This document shows positions 11,776 through 23,759 of a DNA stretch of 64,000 bases, piece by piece. The translations under genes were made by a program, and so were the position numbers. The notes beneath the pieces were generated by a model, which saw only the letters and a program-made list of their open reading frames with translations, had not been told where the DNA came from and searched no databases. Origin of the DNA: Macrostomum lignano (taxonomy: Eukaryota); NCBI GenBank assembly GCA_002269645.1, contig NIVC01001384.1, positions 7,801 through 71,800 of the forward strand. Reading direction: 5' to 3'. How positions within the stretch are numbered: the first letter of the stretch is position 1; each line of letters begins with the position of its first letter.

Positions 11776-12409
11776 CCAATTCTATCTCTTATTAAATTTA
11801 TTTTCCTGGTGATAAATATCTGCTAAAAAAGTTAGTTCGCAATGCTGGCGACAGATTTGCACTTGTAAAATATGCAGATATTTTTGTAGCAGCAGTATTC
11901 ACAAATGACTCATCGGGCAGAAAGAAGCAGGTGATCAGGCAAAATTGTTTTAATGATTATGGTAGCAGAAAAATAGAATGAATAGAATAGAATACATACT
12001 ATACAGCAACACACTAAATTCACATGTATAGGTAATATATGAATACTGAAAGTTTGCTGAGTGGCATAAGTGCATACTGACAATATCTAGAAAGTCTATA
12101 AATATATCTAAAATCTTATTTGTTTTAATTAATGAGATCTGAAGGGCAAACGCAATAATAAATTAATGGCTTTGGTGAAAACTTAACTGTTTATGTTGCT
12201 TTGAATTCAGGATTAAATCGGGCGAGAAATATTTTGAAAATTAATAATTCACGAATAATTATTAATAGTATACAAAAATTATTAATAGTAAACAATGAAT
12301 TCTAGAATTTTGTGAGAAAATTATGCTCAAATTGGTTGTGCATTTATCGTTATAAAGTGCAGTATTGGCTATATTACATGTATCTGTACTAACTATGCCA
12401 CTATCGTGT

Positions 12410-13200
12410 CTACTAGCTACCCCAGTTTGTGTCTAGCTACCCCAGTTTGTGTCTAGCTACCTCAGTTTGTGTCTAGCTACCCCAGTTTGTGTCTAGCTAC
12501 CCCAGTTTGTGTCTAGCTACCTCAGTTTGTGTCTACCTACGTCAGCTTGTGTCTAGATACCTCAGATTGTGTCTAGCTACCCCAGTTTGTGTCTAGCTAC
12601 CCCAGTTTGTGTCTGGCTACCTCAGTTTGTGTCTACCTACGTCAGCTTGTGTCTAGATACCTCAGATTGTGTCTAGCTACCTCAGTTTGTGTCTACCTAC
12701 GTCAGCTTGTGTCTAGATACCTCAGATTGCGTCTAGCTACCTCAGTTTGTGTCTACCTACGTCAGCTTGTGTCTAGATACCTCAGATTGCGTCTAGCTAC
12801 CTCAGTTTGTGTCTAGCTACCCCAGTTTGTGTCTAGCTACCTCAGTTTGTGTCCAGCTACCCCAGTTTGTGTCTAGCTACCTCAGTTTGTGTCTAGCTAC
12901 CCCAGTTTGTGTCTAGCTACCCCAGTTTGTGTCTAGCTACCCCAGTTTGTGTCTAGCTACCCCAGTTTGTGTCTAGCTACCTCAGTTTGTGTCTAGCTAC
13001 CCCAGTTTGTGTCTAGCTACCCCAGTTTGTGTCTAGCTACCTCAGTTTGTGTCTACCTACGTCAGCTTGTGTCTAGATACCTCAGATTGTGTCTAGCTAC
13101 CTCAGTTTGTGTCTACCTACCCCAGTTTGTGTCTAGCTACCTCAGTTTGTGTCTAGCTACCCCAGTTTGTGTCCAGCTACCTCAGTTTGTGTCTAGCTAA
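12410..13200. repeat. 20-bp minisatellite (CCAGTTTGTGTCTAGCTACC), array 2
   Basis: Same unit as 10930-11775; ends 6 nt from the Kirre-like stop codon. Confidence 0.92.
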
Positions 13201-13206
13201 CTAAAG

Positions 13207-16200
13207 TCAGACTTCCGTGATGGCCACCACCGCGCCGGGATCTTCCGCGATGGCTGGCTGCTGCCGAAAGCGTCTGTTGGCCAACAAAGTGGCGAATGTG
13301 TTCTGCTGCTGAGGCGGCGGCGGCAGCGGCGGCGAGAAGTTGACAGACTTGACCACGCCTGCCGTTCTGAGCTGCGGTAGGGGCAGCAGAGTGGAGCAGG
13401 CCCCGGCGTAGCCAACCGCCTGAGTCACCGATCCGCTGTGCACTGGGCAGGTCGCCAGGCTGAGCACCGTCTGATGGCCGCCGGGCGAGCTGGCGCCCGA
13501 GTCCGAGGCTGCTGTACCGCCCGATGAAGCTGCCCCAGCCAGAGTCTGATGATGCTGCTGATAGCCTAATTGGCTGGCCTTGCCGGAAGCAGTCGGGCAC
13601 CGAGACGACCCGGTGCAGGACGCGACTGGGCCGCCGTAGCCGGAGTCGCAGCTCCTGACGCTGCTGAAAAGTTGAAACATTTGAAGGTAATGTCCTAAAC
13701 CGGAAGTTTCACAAACCGGAATATCACAAACCGGAAGTTTCACAAACCGGAATATCACAAACCAGAATATTCACAAACCGGAAGTTTCACAAACCGGAAT
13801 ATCACAAACCGTAATATTCACAACTCGGAAGATTCACAAACCAAAATATTCAGAAACCAAAATATTCACAAACCGGAATATTCACAAACTGGAATATTCA
13901 CAAACCAAAATATTCACAAACCGGAATTATATTCACGACTCAGAACATTCACAATCTTGAATATTCACAAACCGGAATATTCACAAACCGGAAGTTTTAG
14001 AAAATTAGATATTCACAAACCGGAATATTCACAAACCAGAATATCACAAACCGGAATATTAACAACTCGGAACATTCACAATCTGGAACATTCACAATCT
14101 GGAACATTCACAATCTGGAACATTCACAATCTGGAACATTCACAATCTGGAACATTCACAATCTGGAACATTCACAATCTGGAACATTCACAATCTGGAA
14201 CATTCACAATCTGGAATATTCACAAAGTTTCTAAGATGCGCACACGTTTCTTTAGGGATGTTTATAGAATTTTATCTTTGACTGAGTTAAGCTGCTTCCG
14301 ATGTTGTTTCGTGTGCCTGTTTGTTTGGCTCCCGAACAAGTACTGAATTAATTATCGATCTAATTAACAATTTGCACCTCAGGTAACTTTCTTCAAAAAT
14401 AGAACAAGCCAGTCGACAGGATTCTGGATGACTTTCTGATGAGTAGCTGTTTCAATTCGGATTGGATTAGCAAAACTGGACAGAATTTTAATTAGCCCTC
14501 GAAATTACCTATAAAATATTTGTTGTTAGCATAAGAAATGAGGTTAGCAGTGGTCAGTATTTAGCAAACCAATATCCTAGAACTGAATATTTTCAATGTC
14601 CTAGCTAGTTTTTACGTTACAATTTCATTTAATGACAAGCTCGTAACACACATTTGTTGCTTCAAAACATCTAACAAAGATTAGCAGGAAGTTTGCTGTT
14701 ACTGTGTTTTGTTGCATGCAAGTTCGACCAAGTTGTGATGTAAAATCATTTAATGTTTGAATCGATTTCAATAATCTTAGCTTTTTCGTTCAAGAAGTTT
14801 TTTTGTAGACCAAGCCAATAATAATTGATTATACCTGCCCAATTGGGCCAACTGTGCAACCGACAGCTCAGCCGCAGCTATTGCGCGGCGCATCTGAAGG
14901 CTGCGTACGGCTGTTCAGTCCAAGGACTGGGGGGTCGCCACACACCCTCAATTACCCCAGCTAATGCTGACACCCATTTTACAGCTGGTTGAACTGAAGC
15001 AATGCAGAGTTAAGTGTCTTGCTCAAGGACACAATTTTTTCCAAGTTGGGTCGAGAATCGAACCCCCGACCTTCAAGTCGTGAGTCCGACGCTCTAGCTA
15101 CTAGGCTGCAGCCCCTCCAACGACATGACTAATACCGTTGGGCATTGATCGTCATCCAGCTCATGTCAGTTGCAAGCTAGTCTTAGTCATGCTGTACAGA
15201 AATTATCGATCATTTTTAACAGACAGCGCCACAGTTCCATGATCACAGTGTTTTCAGGCGCTGCGCATCATTTCTAATTAATAAACGCGAATATCAGGTG
15301 GCTAATTATGATCGAGGCTTGTATTTCAGGATTGAGACGAAAGGTAGATATGTAGCAGCTTAAGGCTTGCCATGAGGCATGCAGCAGGTGCGCAGGTTCT
15401 CACTGCCACTGTCGCTAGCCATCCAGCCTCTCCACCCGAATGCTTCTCATCTCAAATCACTCGAAGCCATCGGAGCTAGAATTTGAGAGTTTCTGCACTG
15501 CTGTCTCCCCGATTCAATGTCGCACCGCACCGGATCTTTGGCATAGAGGACTGTCATAAATCATAAATTCAATGAGAAAGAGTTCAATTGTCGGTATGTG
15601 TACTATTTGACCTAATCTTGCTCATAGACTATTTTAGCCGAATTTATTGTGTATTGAAAGGCTCTTTGCTCGTAGCTGTCAGTGGGTAGGCGACTGCCAC
15701 TTGTCTATGGCATATCCTAAAACTACTCGAACTTCTGGGCAAGGAGTTCTATACGTTCTATGAAGCTTCGAGCTTGTGAATTTTCGAGCTTATCGAGCTG
15801 ATCGGTAGAGAAAAGCAGAGCTGTCCATTACTTCACGGTAATGACCTCTGCTTAATGGCTGGTCATTAACTGAAGCTCCTGTTTCGACCACAGACAATTC
15901 AATCAGTGCAGCTAATATAGAGCGAGAATTAAGTTAATGGCCAGGGTTACGAGTGCGCTCGCGAACCTGACACAACAGCTCAGCCGCAGCTATTGCGCGG
16001 CGCATCTGAAGGCTGCGTACGGCTGTTCAGTCCAAGGACTGGGGGGTCGCCACAACCCGCAATTATCCCAGTTAATGCTGGCACCCATTTTACGACTGGG
16101 TGAACTGAAGCAATGCAGAGTTAAGTGCCTTGCTCAAGGACACAAATTGTTCCAAGTGGGTCGAGAATCGAACCCCCGACCTTCAAGTCGTGGGTCCGAC

Positions 16201-19200
16201 GCTCTAACCACTGGGCTTACAACCCCCTTAAGCCCTGAATCAGCCCTGAAAGCAAGCTATCTAGCTAGCTAGATATCATCTATCTATTTCTCAAGCAATC
16301 GGGTGTACAGCAGCCCTGACTGTCTAATCGTCAGGCATGTGCACTCTTTGTGCCTTGTGGGTTGGCCCTCATGGCTGTGAATCACACGACAGCCTTTCAA
16401 CCAAATTTCCTGCACAAGCCTCAAATGCATGGTTTGCACACGGAATCGAGCCAACAGGGCCACACTACTACAAGTAGCTGGCTGCGGTTCTACTCACTCC
16501 TCTTGTCCAGCTTCTTCAGGCGCTTCATCGCCCGTTGCTGCCACAGTCTGCTGGCAGGACGGACTGCCGGCCCCTGACGGGTCAGGAATCTCGCCACGGC
16601 GACGCCCCGGTGCCCGGGACTCAGGTCCGTCAGCTCGAGCCCCGACGGGCCCCAGGAGGTCGTCATTGACGACGAAATTGGCGCGTTTCGCTGCTGCTGC
16701 TGATGTCGCCGAAGGAGGCTGCCGTGGACTGCGCAGGTGCTCGCCGGGATGAAGGACGATGTCTCGTTTGCAAACGGGTAGCTGTCGACGAGCAGCGGCT
16801 GCCCGGCTGTACATGTCTGGCTGGCTTCCGCGTCATCCGCCGCGTCCTCGCCAGGCTGCAGCAGCCGCTTGGACGGCGACTCGACTGCTGGGCCTCCCGG
16901 CTGGGCGCCGGCGACAACGCAGCCATTTCTCTTGCGGGCTTGAAGTGCATCGAGTAGTTTGTTTAATGCAATTTAGTTAGTAAACTAATACTTTTTAACA
17001 TTACATAAATTTAAATCCAAATCCCCATGACATAATCCACGCATCCCAGTGTCATAATCCTTATCCTAGAGTCTTTATCTGACACCTCCCGGTGTCTCAA
17101 TTCACATTACAGTGCCTTAATCCACATATTCCAGTGTCTCAGTCTACATTCCAGTGTCCCAGTTCACACCCCAGTGTCACAGTTCACACCCCAGTGTCCC
17201 AGTTCACATCCCAGAGTCCCAGTTCACACCCCAGTGTCACAGTTCACACCCCAGTGTCCCAGTTCACACCCCAGTGTCACAGTTCACACCCCAGTGTCCC
17301 AGTTCACACCCCAGTGTCACAGTTCACACCCCAGTGTCACAGTTCACACCCAGTGTCCCAGTTCACACCCCAGTGTCCCAGTTCACACCCCAGAGTCCCA
17401 GTTCACACCCCAGTGTCCCAGTTCACACCCCAGTGTCCCAGTTCACACCCCAGTGTCCCAGTTCACACCCCCAGTGTCCCAGTTCACATCCCAGTTTTCC
17501 TGTCCCCATCCCAATGTCTCATTTCACAGCCCAGTTTTCCAGTTCCCATCCCAATGTCTCATTTCACATTCTAGTGTTTTAGTTTAGATCCCAGTATCCC
17601 AGTTCCCATCCCTATGTCTCAGTTCACACCCAGTGTCCCAGTTCCCGGCCAATGTCCCAGTTCACACCCCAATGTCCCAGTTCACATCCCTGTGTTTCAG
17701 CTCAGATTCTAAAGTCTCACTTCACATCGGAATGTCTAAGTTTACATCCTAATGTCAGTTCACATGCCAATGTCTCAGTTCCCACTCCAGTGTCCCAGTC
17801 CAGAATCCAGTCGAAATGCAACTCAATAAACCAGGATGTCACAGTTCGCTTACCTTTAGTCGAGTCGTTAGCAGATTCCCATCTACTTCGCCGACAAACG
17901 CAGACCAGGACAAGCACGAAGATGAGCACCATTAGCAGCGCGATAGAGGCGCCAGCTATGAAAGCCGTGGGAATGTTCTCTGCCAAGGTTGAGGTGGGGT
18001 TGCTCAGGTTGTGTTGGGTAAGTTGGGAAAGTTAGCGTAGATGTGATAAGGCAATTGAGGCAGTTCTGCCCAGTCCGCTGAGTCCTGAGCACATTCAAGC
18101 GCACCAATACTGTACTCAGGCACAGCACTCATGCACACGCTCACACAGGGTGCACTGCGGTCCTGACTTTCGAATCGTCAGGCATGTACACTCTGTGCCT
18201 TGGGGGCTGGCCCTCATGTCTGTGAATCGCACAACAAACCATCAACCAATTTTCGTGCACAAACCCCAAATGAATCGGTAGATTAGGTGTGAGATCAGGT
18301 GGGAGATCAGGTGTGAGATCAGGTGTGAGATCAGGTGGGAGATCAGGTGGGAGATCAGGTGTGAGATCAGGTGTGAGATCAGGTGTGAGATCAGGTGGGA
18401 GATCAGGTGGGAGATCAGGTGGGAGATCAGGTGGGAGATCAGGTGTGAGATCAGGTGGGAGATCAGGTGTGAGATCAGGTGGGAGATCAGGTGGGAGATC
18501 AGGTAGGAGATCAGGTGGGAGATCAGGTGGGAGATCAGGTGGGAGATCAGGTGGGAGATCAGGTGGGAGATCAGGTGGGAGATCAGGTAGGAGATCAGGT
18601 GTGAGATCAGGTGTGAGATCAGGTGTGAGATCAGGTGTGAGATCAGGTGGGAGATCAGGTGTGAGATCAGGTGTGAGATCAGGTGTGAGATCAGGTGGGA
18701 GATCAGGTGTGAGATCAGGTGTGAGATCAGGTGTGAGATCAGGTGTGAGATCAGGTGAGAGATCAGGTGTGAGATCAGGTGGGAGATCAGGTGGGAGATC
18801 AGGTGTGAGATCAGGTGTGAGATCAGGTGGGAGATCAGGTAGGAGATCAGGTGTGAGATCAGGTGTGAGATCAGGTGTGAGATCAGGTGTGAGATAGAGT
18901 TCGAGACAGGCCATGTAAAGTCCATATCGCATTTTCGCAAAGTCACGGATAAGCCGCTGACCTTCCACGTGCAGCAGAATCACGCCCGAGTGGGTGCCCA
19001 GCCCATTGTCCGCGGTGCAGTTGTACTCCCCGGAGTCCGAAGGCTGCACTTCGTCGAAGTGCAGAAAGGCCGACGTGCCGCCTACGAAGTCTTCGCGGTA
19101 GAGGCGACGCCTGTCGGATATTTTAATTGTCATCCAGCTTCTAATACACCTATTCACCAACTCCAGATACCATTCCCCAGCACCAGGCAGTATTCACCAA

Positions 19201-22200
19201 CTCCAGATAGCGTTCACCAACTCCAGATAGCGTTCACCAACTCCAAATAGCATTCACCAGCACCAGGCAGTATTCACCAACTCCAGATAGCGTTCACCAA
19301 CTCCAGATAGCGTTCACCAACTCCAGATAGCATTCAACAACTCCAGATAGCATTCACAAACCGAGATAGCATTCACCAACTCCAGATAGCATTCACCAAC
19401 TCCAGATAGCATTCATCAACTCCAGATAGCATTCACCAACTCCAGATAGCATTCACCAACTCCAGATAGCATTCATCAACTCCAGATAGCATTCACCAAC
19501 TCCAGATAGCATTCACCAACTCCAGATAGCATTCACCAACTCCAGATAGCATTCACCAACTCCAGATAGCATTCATCAACTCCAGATAGCATTCACCAAC
19601 TCCAGATAGCATTCATCAACTCCAGATAGCATTCACCAACTCCAGATAGCATTCATCAACTCCAGATAGCATTCATCAACTCCAGATAGCATTCACCAAC
19701 TCCAGATAGCATTCACCAACTCCAGATAGCATTCACCAACTCCAGATAGCATTCACCAACTCCAGATAGCATTCACCAACTCCAGATAGCATTCATCAAC
19801 TCCAGATAGCATTCACCAACTCCAGATAGCATTCATCAACTCCAGATAGCATTCACCAACTCCAGATAGCATTCATCAACTCCAGATAGCATTCACCAAC
19901 TCCAGATAGCATTCACCAACTCCAGATAGCATTCACCAACTCCAGATACCATTCACCAACTCCAAATAGCATTCACCAACTCCAGGCAGCTTTCTGATCG
20001 CACCTGAGCCCGGGCTCCACCGCGGTGCCGTCGCCGCGGCTCCATCGGACGCCGTCGGGCTCGATCGGCAGCGGCACGGAATTGACGCGGCACTCCAACC
20101 GTACCGATCGCTGGCCAGCCACAACTACGTAGCGCTGACGATCGACGTTGACGCCGCTTCCATCAGACGACGTCGCGGACGCAGCCACCGCCGTCGGGAC
20201 GCCGGCCGACACAACCCGAGGCGGCGCCGCCCTAGCCAGGATGACTCGACGCGTCACTGTGGGGAAGCCGGTCGCGCTGGCTGAGCAGGTGTACTCGCCG
20301 AAGTCCGCCTCGCCAACCGGGTCCAGACGGAGCGTCGCCGATCGGCCAAGGACATCGCCGTCACCTCTGTCGACGCGGCGCCATTCAACAGAGGCCGTCG
20401 GGCTGGACTCGACGCGGCAGTCGAGGCTGGCGATGCCTCCCGGCGAAGCCGCGTACAGCCGGGGCAAGTTGAGCGCGAACTTCGGACCGTAGTGGACGCG
20501 CAGGCGGACTTCAGCCTCGCCGCGGGCGAAGCTGGTTGCCGAGCAGCGGACGGTCCGACCGTCATGCCGACGGGTGAGAAGCATTGGGAGGCGCGGCCCG
20601 AACTGCTGGATGATCGGCTCCAGATTGTCTATGGTCCAACTGAAAGGGGGAGAGAAATTTATATAAATCATGACTACAGTCTACAGACTACAGTCTATGG
20701 TCGAAACCCCGGGGTTTCGCGCTGCGGCTAGGCGCCTGGAGTGGCCCATCTGGGGTTTTGAGAATATGTCTGGGGCTGAAGCTACTTCTTGCATTGAATT
20801 TGCGCCAGCGGTCAGCAATGTCTCAACTTCTGAACTTCCGAATTCCAACTGAAGCCAGCATGTGTTTCGTCCGAGGTATTTTTTCGACAACAGGGGGTTG
20901 TAGCCTAGTGGTTAGAGCGTCGGAATCACGGCTTGAAGGTCGGGGTTCCATTCTTGACCCAACTCGGAACAATTTGTGTCTTTGAGCAAGACACTTAACT
21001 CTACATTGCTTCAGTTCACCAAAGCTGTAAAATGGGTGCTAGCATTAGCTGGGGTAATCGAGGGTGTGTGTGGTGACCCCCCAGTCCTTGGACTGAACAG
21101 CCGTACGCAGCCTTCAGATGCGCCGCGCAATAGCTGCGGCTGAGCTGTCGGTTGCACATCTGCCCAGATGAAAACAATTCATCAATTGTTTTTTAGACAT
21201 CAAAATCTGAAAGTCCTACTGTTAGTAGCCAGTTTAGCAAAAAAAACGTCCCGGAATTAATTTTTATTCATTCGTTCCAAAGCAGGGACAAAGCAGGTTT
21301 TAGTTGTCCCTGTTCCAAAGCCTTACCTGTAGGTAAAGTTATCTGGCCGGCCGAAAGCCTGGCACACCGCGATGACATTGTCGTGCTCCCTGTACTGGTT
21401 TCCAGGCCGCAGGGGCTCCAGGACCACGCGAACCCGCGGAGGCACGCTGACGTAGAGGCGAGTCCCGGCCGTCAGAGCCGGCTCCGACTCGAACCCGGGC
21501 ACATGGGCGCTACACTCGATTGGCATGTTGTGGTGCGCGTCCGTCACCGACTGGCTGGAGATTGACAGCTCCGATCGAGCGCTCAGCCTTGGTGAAAGGC
21601 GGAATATTGAATGTCATCTGTGATCTTGTCACTAGCTAGATTGATCTAGTAACTAGCTAGATTGATCTAGTCACTAGCTAGAATAATCTAGTCACTAGCT
21701 AGATTGATCTAGTCACTAGATTGATTGATCTATACACTAGCTAGATTGATCTATTAGCTGGACAACGATCTTCCGTCGGTCTTTCATCGAAGGGAATCAA
21801 CTGTATAACTGAAGACTCACAGCTGGCCCTCTTCAGCCAGGGCGGTCATTACTGCGAAGCCGTTCAACGGTGTCTGGAAGCTGGCCGGCAGCTGCGGTCG
21901 CTGGAACAGCGGCACCGGGATTCTAGTTTCGTCGCGCAGCGTCCAAGACATCGCTGGCGCCGGACTGGCCGGGCCGGCCACGCAAGCCAGTCGGAGTGGC
22001 TGTCCGGCCAAAACTCGCACGGTCGAGTTGGCAGGCTTGTCTGTACTGTCCGGGCCGGTGACGCGGTACAGCCGCAGCCAGGCCGAGTTGTGCAGCACCC
22101 GCAGGTAGCCGGGGTCGGAGATCAGCGGCCAGCTCTGGGCGCGCGATTGCAAGGCCAGCTGGCAGGCGTACTCGCCCTGATCCTGCAGTCGGACCCCAGC

Positions 22201-23759
22201 AATTCGGAGGTCGTGAACCCCTGCGGGTTTTGCGGATGTTGTTGGAGGTTGCGGATGTTGCTGGAGGTTGCGGATGTTGAGGGAGGTTGCGGTTGTTGAG
22301 AGAGCTTGCGGTTGTTGAGAGAGCTTGCGGTTGTTGAGGGTGTTGTGGGATGTTTAGATGGGAGGTTGCGGTTGTTGTGGATGTTGTGATTGTTGCGGGA
22401 GGTTCCAGCTGTTGTAGGAGGTTGCTGCGGATGTTGCAGGATTTTTTAGCGCTGCAAAGTCATTTTATTGTTGCTGGAGGTTGCTGTGTTATACAACTGC
22501 TTTTAGCAAGGAAAAGTGCGGAAAATTAAAATTAAACCTGGCTGTAGCAATGAATACTTTTTAAATTTGATATTACGAGCTATATGACTCTTGTAGCAGT
22601 TGTCCCGAACAGCATATAAGGTAATAAAAAAGTTACTTTTCTTCGGGAGATATTTTAGACTGCAAAGAGACAAAATGTCAGCGAGAACCGGGCCCCGCAG
22701 ATGCAAGTGCTACACTGATCTCCGACTTATTTACAGAGCATCCGGCTGGACCTATAGATCTCAGGCTGGGTCTCAAGCTTGGGCCTTGACACCAGCGACT
22801 AATCCGTAAGGCTTCAGTCCATTAAGCATTCCATGCTCTCGCAGCTTGTCAGATTTTATCTCCGTATATCAAGTAGAGCAGACTGTTGATGAACGAGCGT
22901 CAGCATCGCAGACAGATACGACGGTCTTGTGTTACAATTATAGATGGCGGATTTAGTGAGAATTTCAAACCCGAAAACATGTTTTTTTAAAGAAGATATA
23001 CATGTACTGCTGTGCATCAAAGTAGGGGTTCCAAGAAGGAAGTCTCTCAAAAATCATTAGACAGGGAGTCACTGAAGCCCAAGAAACTAGTGATCAATTT
23101 CAAATATGATCAGGTAGATGAATACGACAGTTTTCCCTAAGAAATGATATCGATAAGTAGGTGATTACGAGCTAAATTCAAAGGAAATCTGTTAGCCAAG
23201 AATTAAGCGGTAAAGATCAAAGGAAATCTGTTAGCCAAGAATTAAGCGGTAAAGATCAAAGGAAATCTGTTAGCCAAGAATTAAGCGATAAATATCAAAG
23301 GAAATCGGTTAGACAAAAATTAAGCGGTAAAGATCAAAGGAAATCTGTTTGCCAAGAATTAAGCGATAAATATCAAAGGAGATCGGTTAGACAAGAATTA
23401 AGCGGTAAATATCAAAGGAGATCGGTTAGACAAGAATTAAGCGGTAAATATCAAAGGAGATCGGTTAGACAAGCACTAAGCGGTAAATATCAAAGGAAAT
23501 CAGTTAGCCAAGAATTAAGCTGTCTTACCTGGCTCGCTGCTGGCTATGCTGTACCGACCATCGGTATTTGGCATGGAGGTGGCTGCCACAATGAGGCCGC
23601 CTCGCTGCCAGAACACCTTGACCCGGCCGGTGGGCCCGCCGCCACCGTCTTGCTGTCCGGCGTTGCTGCGGCAGGTCAGGCTGGCGTTGCCGCCTATCCG
23701 AACGGACAGATTGGCCGGCCCGTCCGTCACCCGGAGACTGGCGTCGCTGCCTGATGAAG
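13207..23759 (-). CDS. kirre: Kirre/NEPH/IrreC-Rst (SYG-1)-like 5-Ig type I membrane adhesion protein; signal-peptide exon not located
   Basis: Phase-consistent GT-AG exons on minus: 23759-23529, 22220-21821, 21587-21327, 20639-20004, 19110-18962, 17979-17854 (TM: FIAGASIALLMVLIFVLVLVCVC), 16938-16498, and a last exon from 13694 (or 13663) to stop 13207. Ig hallmarks: GVHDLRIAGVRLQDQGEYACQ, LDCRVESSPTASVEW, DFGEYTCSA, DSGEYNCTADNGLG. The C-terminal ITEV* is a class I PDZ motif, as in NEPH/Kirre proteins. Confidence 0.85.
13700..14230. repeat. ~16-17 bp intronic minisatellite (TCACAAACCGGAATAT grading to ATTCACAATCTGGAAC)
   Basis: Tandem copies abutting the last Kirre-like exon acceptor region. 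Confidence 0.88.
14853..15115 (-). mobile_element. tRNA-derived CORE-type SINE, copy 1
   Basis: On minus: tRNA-like head with A box (GCCTAGTAG) and B box (GGTTCGATTC); CORE/MIR-like TGTGTCCTTGAGCAAGACACTTAACTCTG...CTGTAAAATGGG; tail shared with the other copies. Confidence 0.85.
15975..16227 (-). mobile_element. tRNA-derived CORE-type SINE, copy 2
   Basis: Highly similar to 14853-15115 along its length; accounts for ORF 15937-16272. Confidence 0.85.
16305..16430. repeat. Dispersed ~130-150 bp repeat family, copy 1 (..TGACT.TC.AATCGTCAGGCATGT.CACTCT..)
   Basis: Aligns by eye with 18145-18275 and 29720-29830. Confidence 0.7.
17090..17800. repeat. 20-bp intronic minisatellite (CCCAGTGTCCCAGTTCACAC)
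   Basis: Tandem copies with degenerate edges. Confidence 0.9.
18145..18275. repeat. Dispersed ~130-150 bp repeat family, copy 2
   Basis: CACAGGGTG...CCTGACTTTCGAATCGTCAGGCATGTACACTCTGTGCCTTGGGGGCTGGCCCTCATG shared with the other copies. Confidence 0.7.
18289..18897. repeat. 12-bp intronic minisatellite (GAGATCAGGTGT/GGG)
   Basis: About 50 tandem copies. Confidence 0.95.
19150..19983. repeat. 20-bp intronic minisatellite (TCCAGATAGCATTCACCAAC)
   Basis: Nearly fills the intron between exons 20004 and 19110. Confidence 0.95.
20893..21157 (+). mobile_element. tRNA-derived CORE-type SINE, copy 3
   Basis: GGGGGTTGTAGCCTAGTGGTTAGAGCGTCGG head, B-box-like GGTTCCATTC, CORE segment TGTGTCTTTGAGCAAGACACTTAACTC...CTGTAAAATGGG, same tail as copies 1 and 2. 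Confidence 0.85.
21630..21760. repeat. ~21-bp intronic repeat (CTAGCTAGATTGATCTAGTCA)
   Basis: About 6 tandem copies. Confidence 0.8.
23180..23520. repeat. ~40-bp intronic minisatellite (AAGGAAATCTGTTAGCCAAGAATTAAGCGGTAAAGATCA)
   Basis: About 8 copies beginning right after the donor at 23529. Confidence 0.9.

Noticed and set aside
20893-20965. tRNA gene (also at 15045-15115 and 16155-16227)
   Set aside because: tRNA-like heads continue into a shared SINE body; cloverleaf and B box are imperfect.
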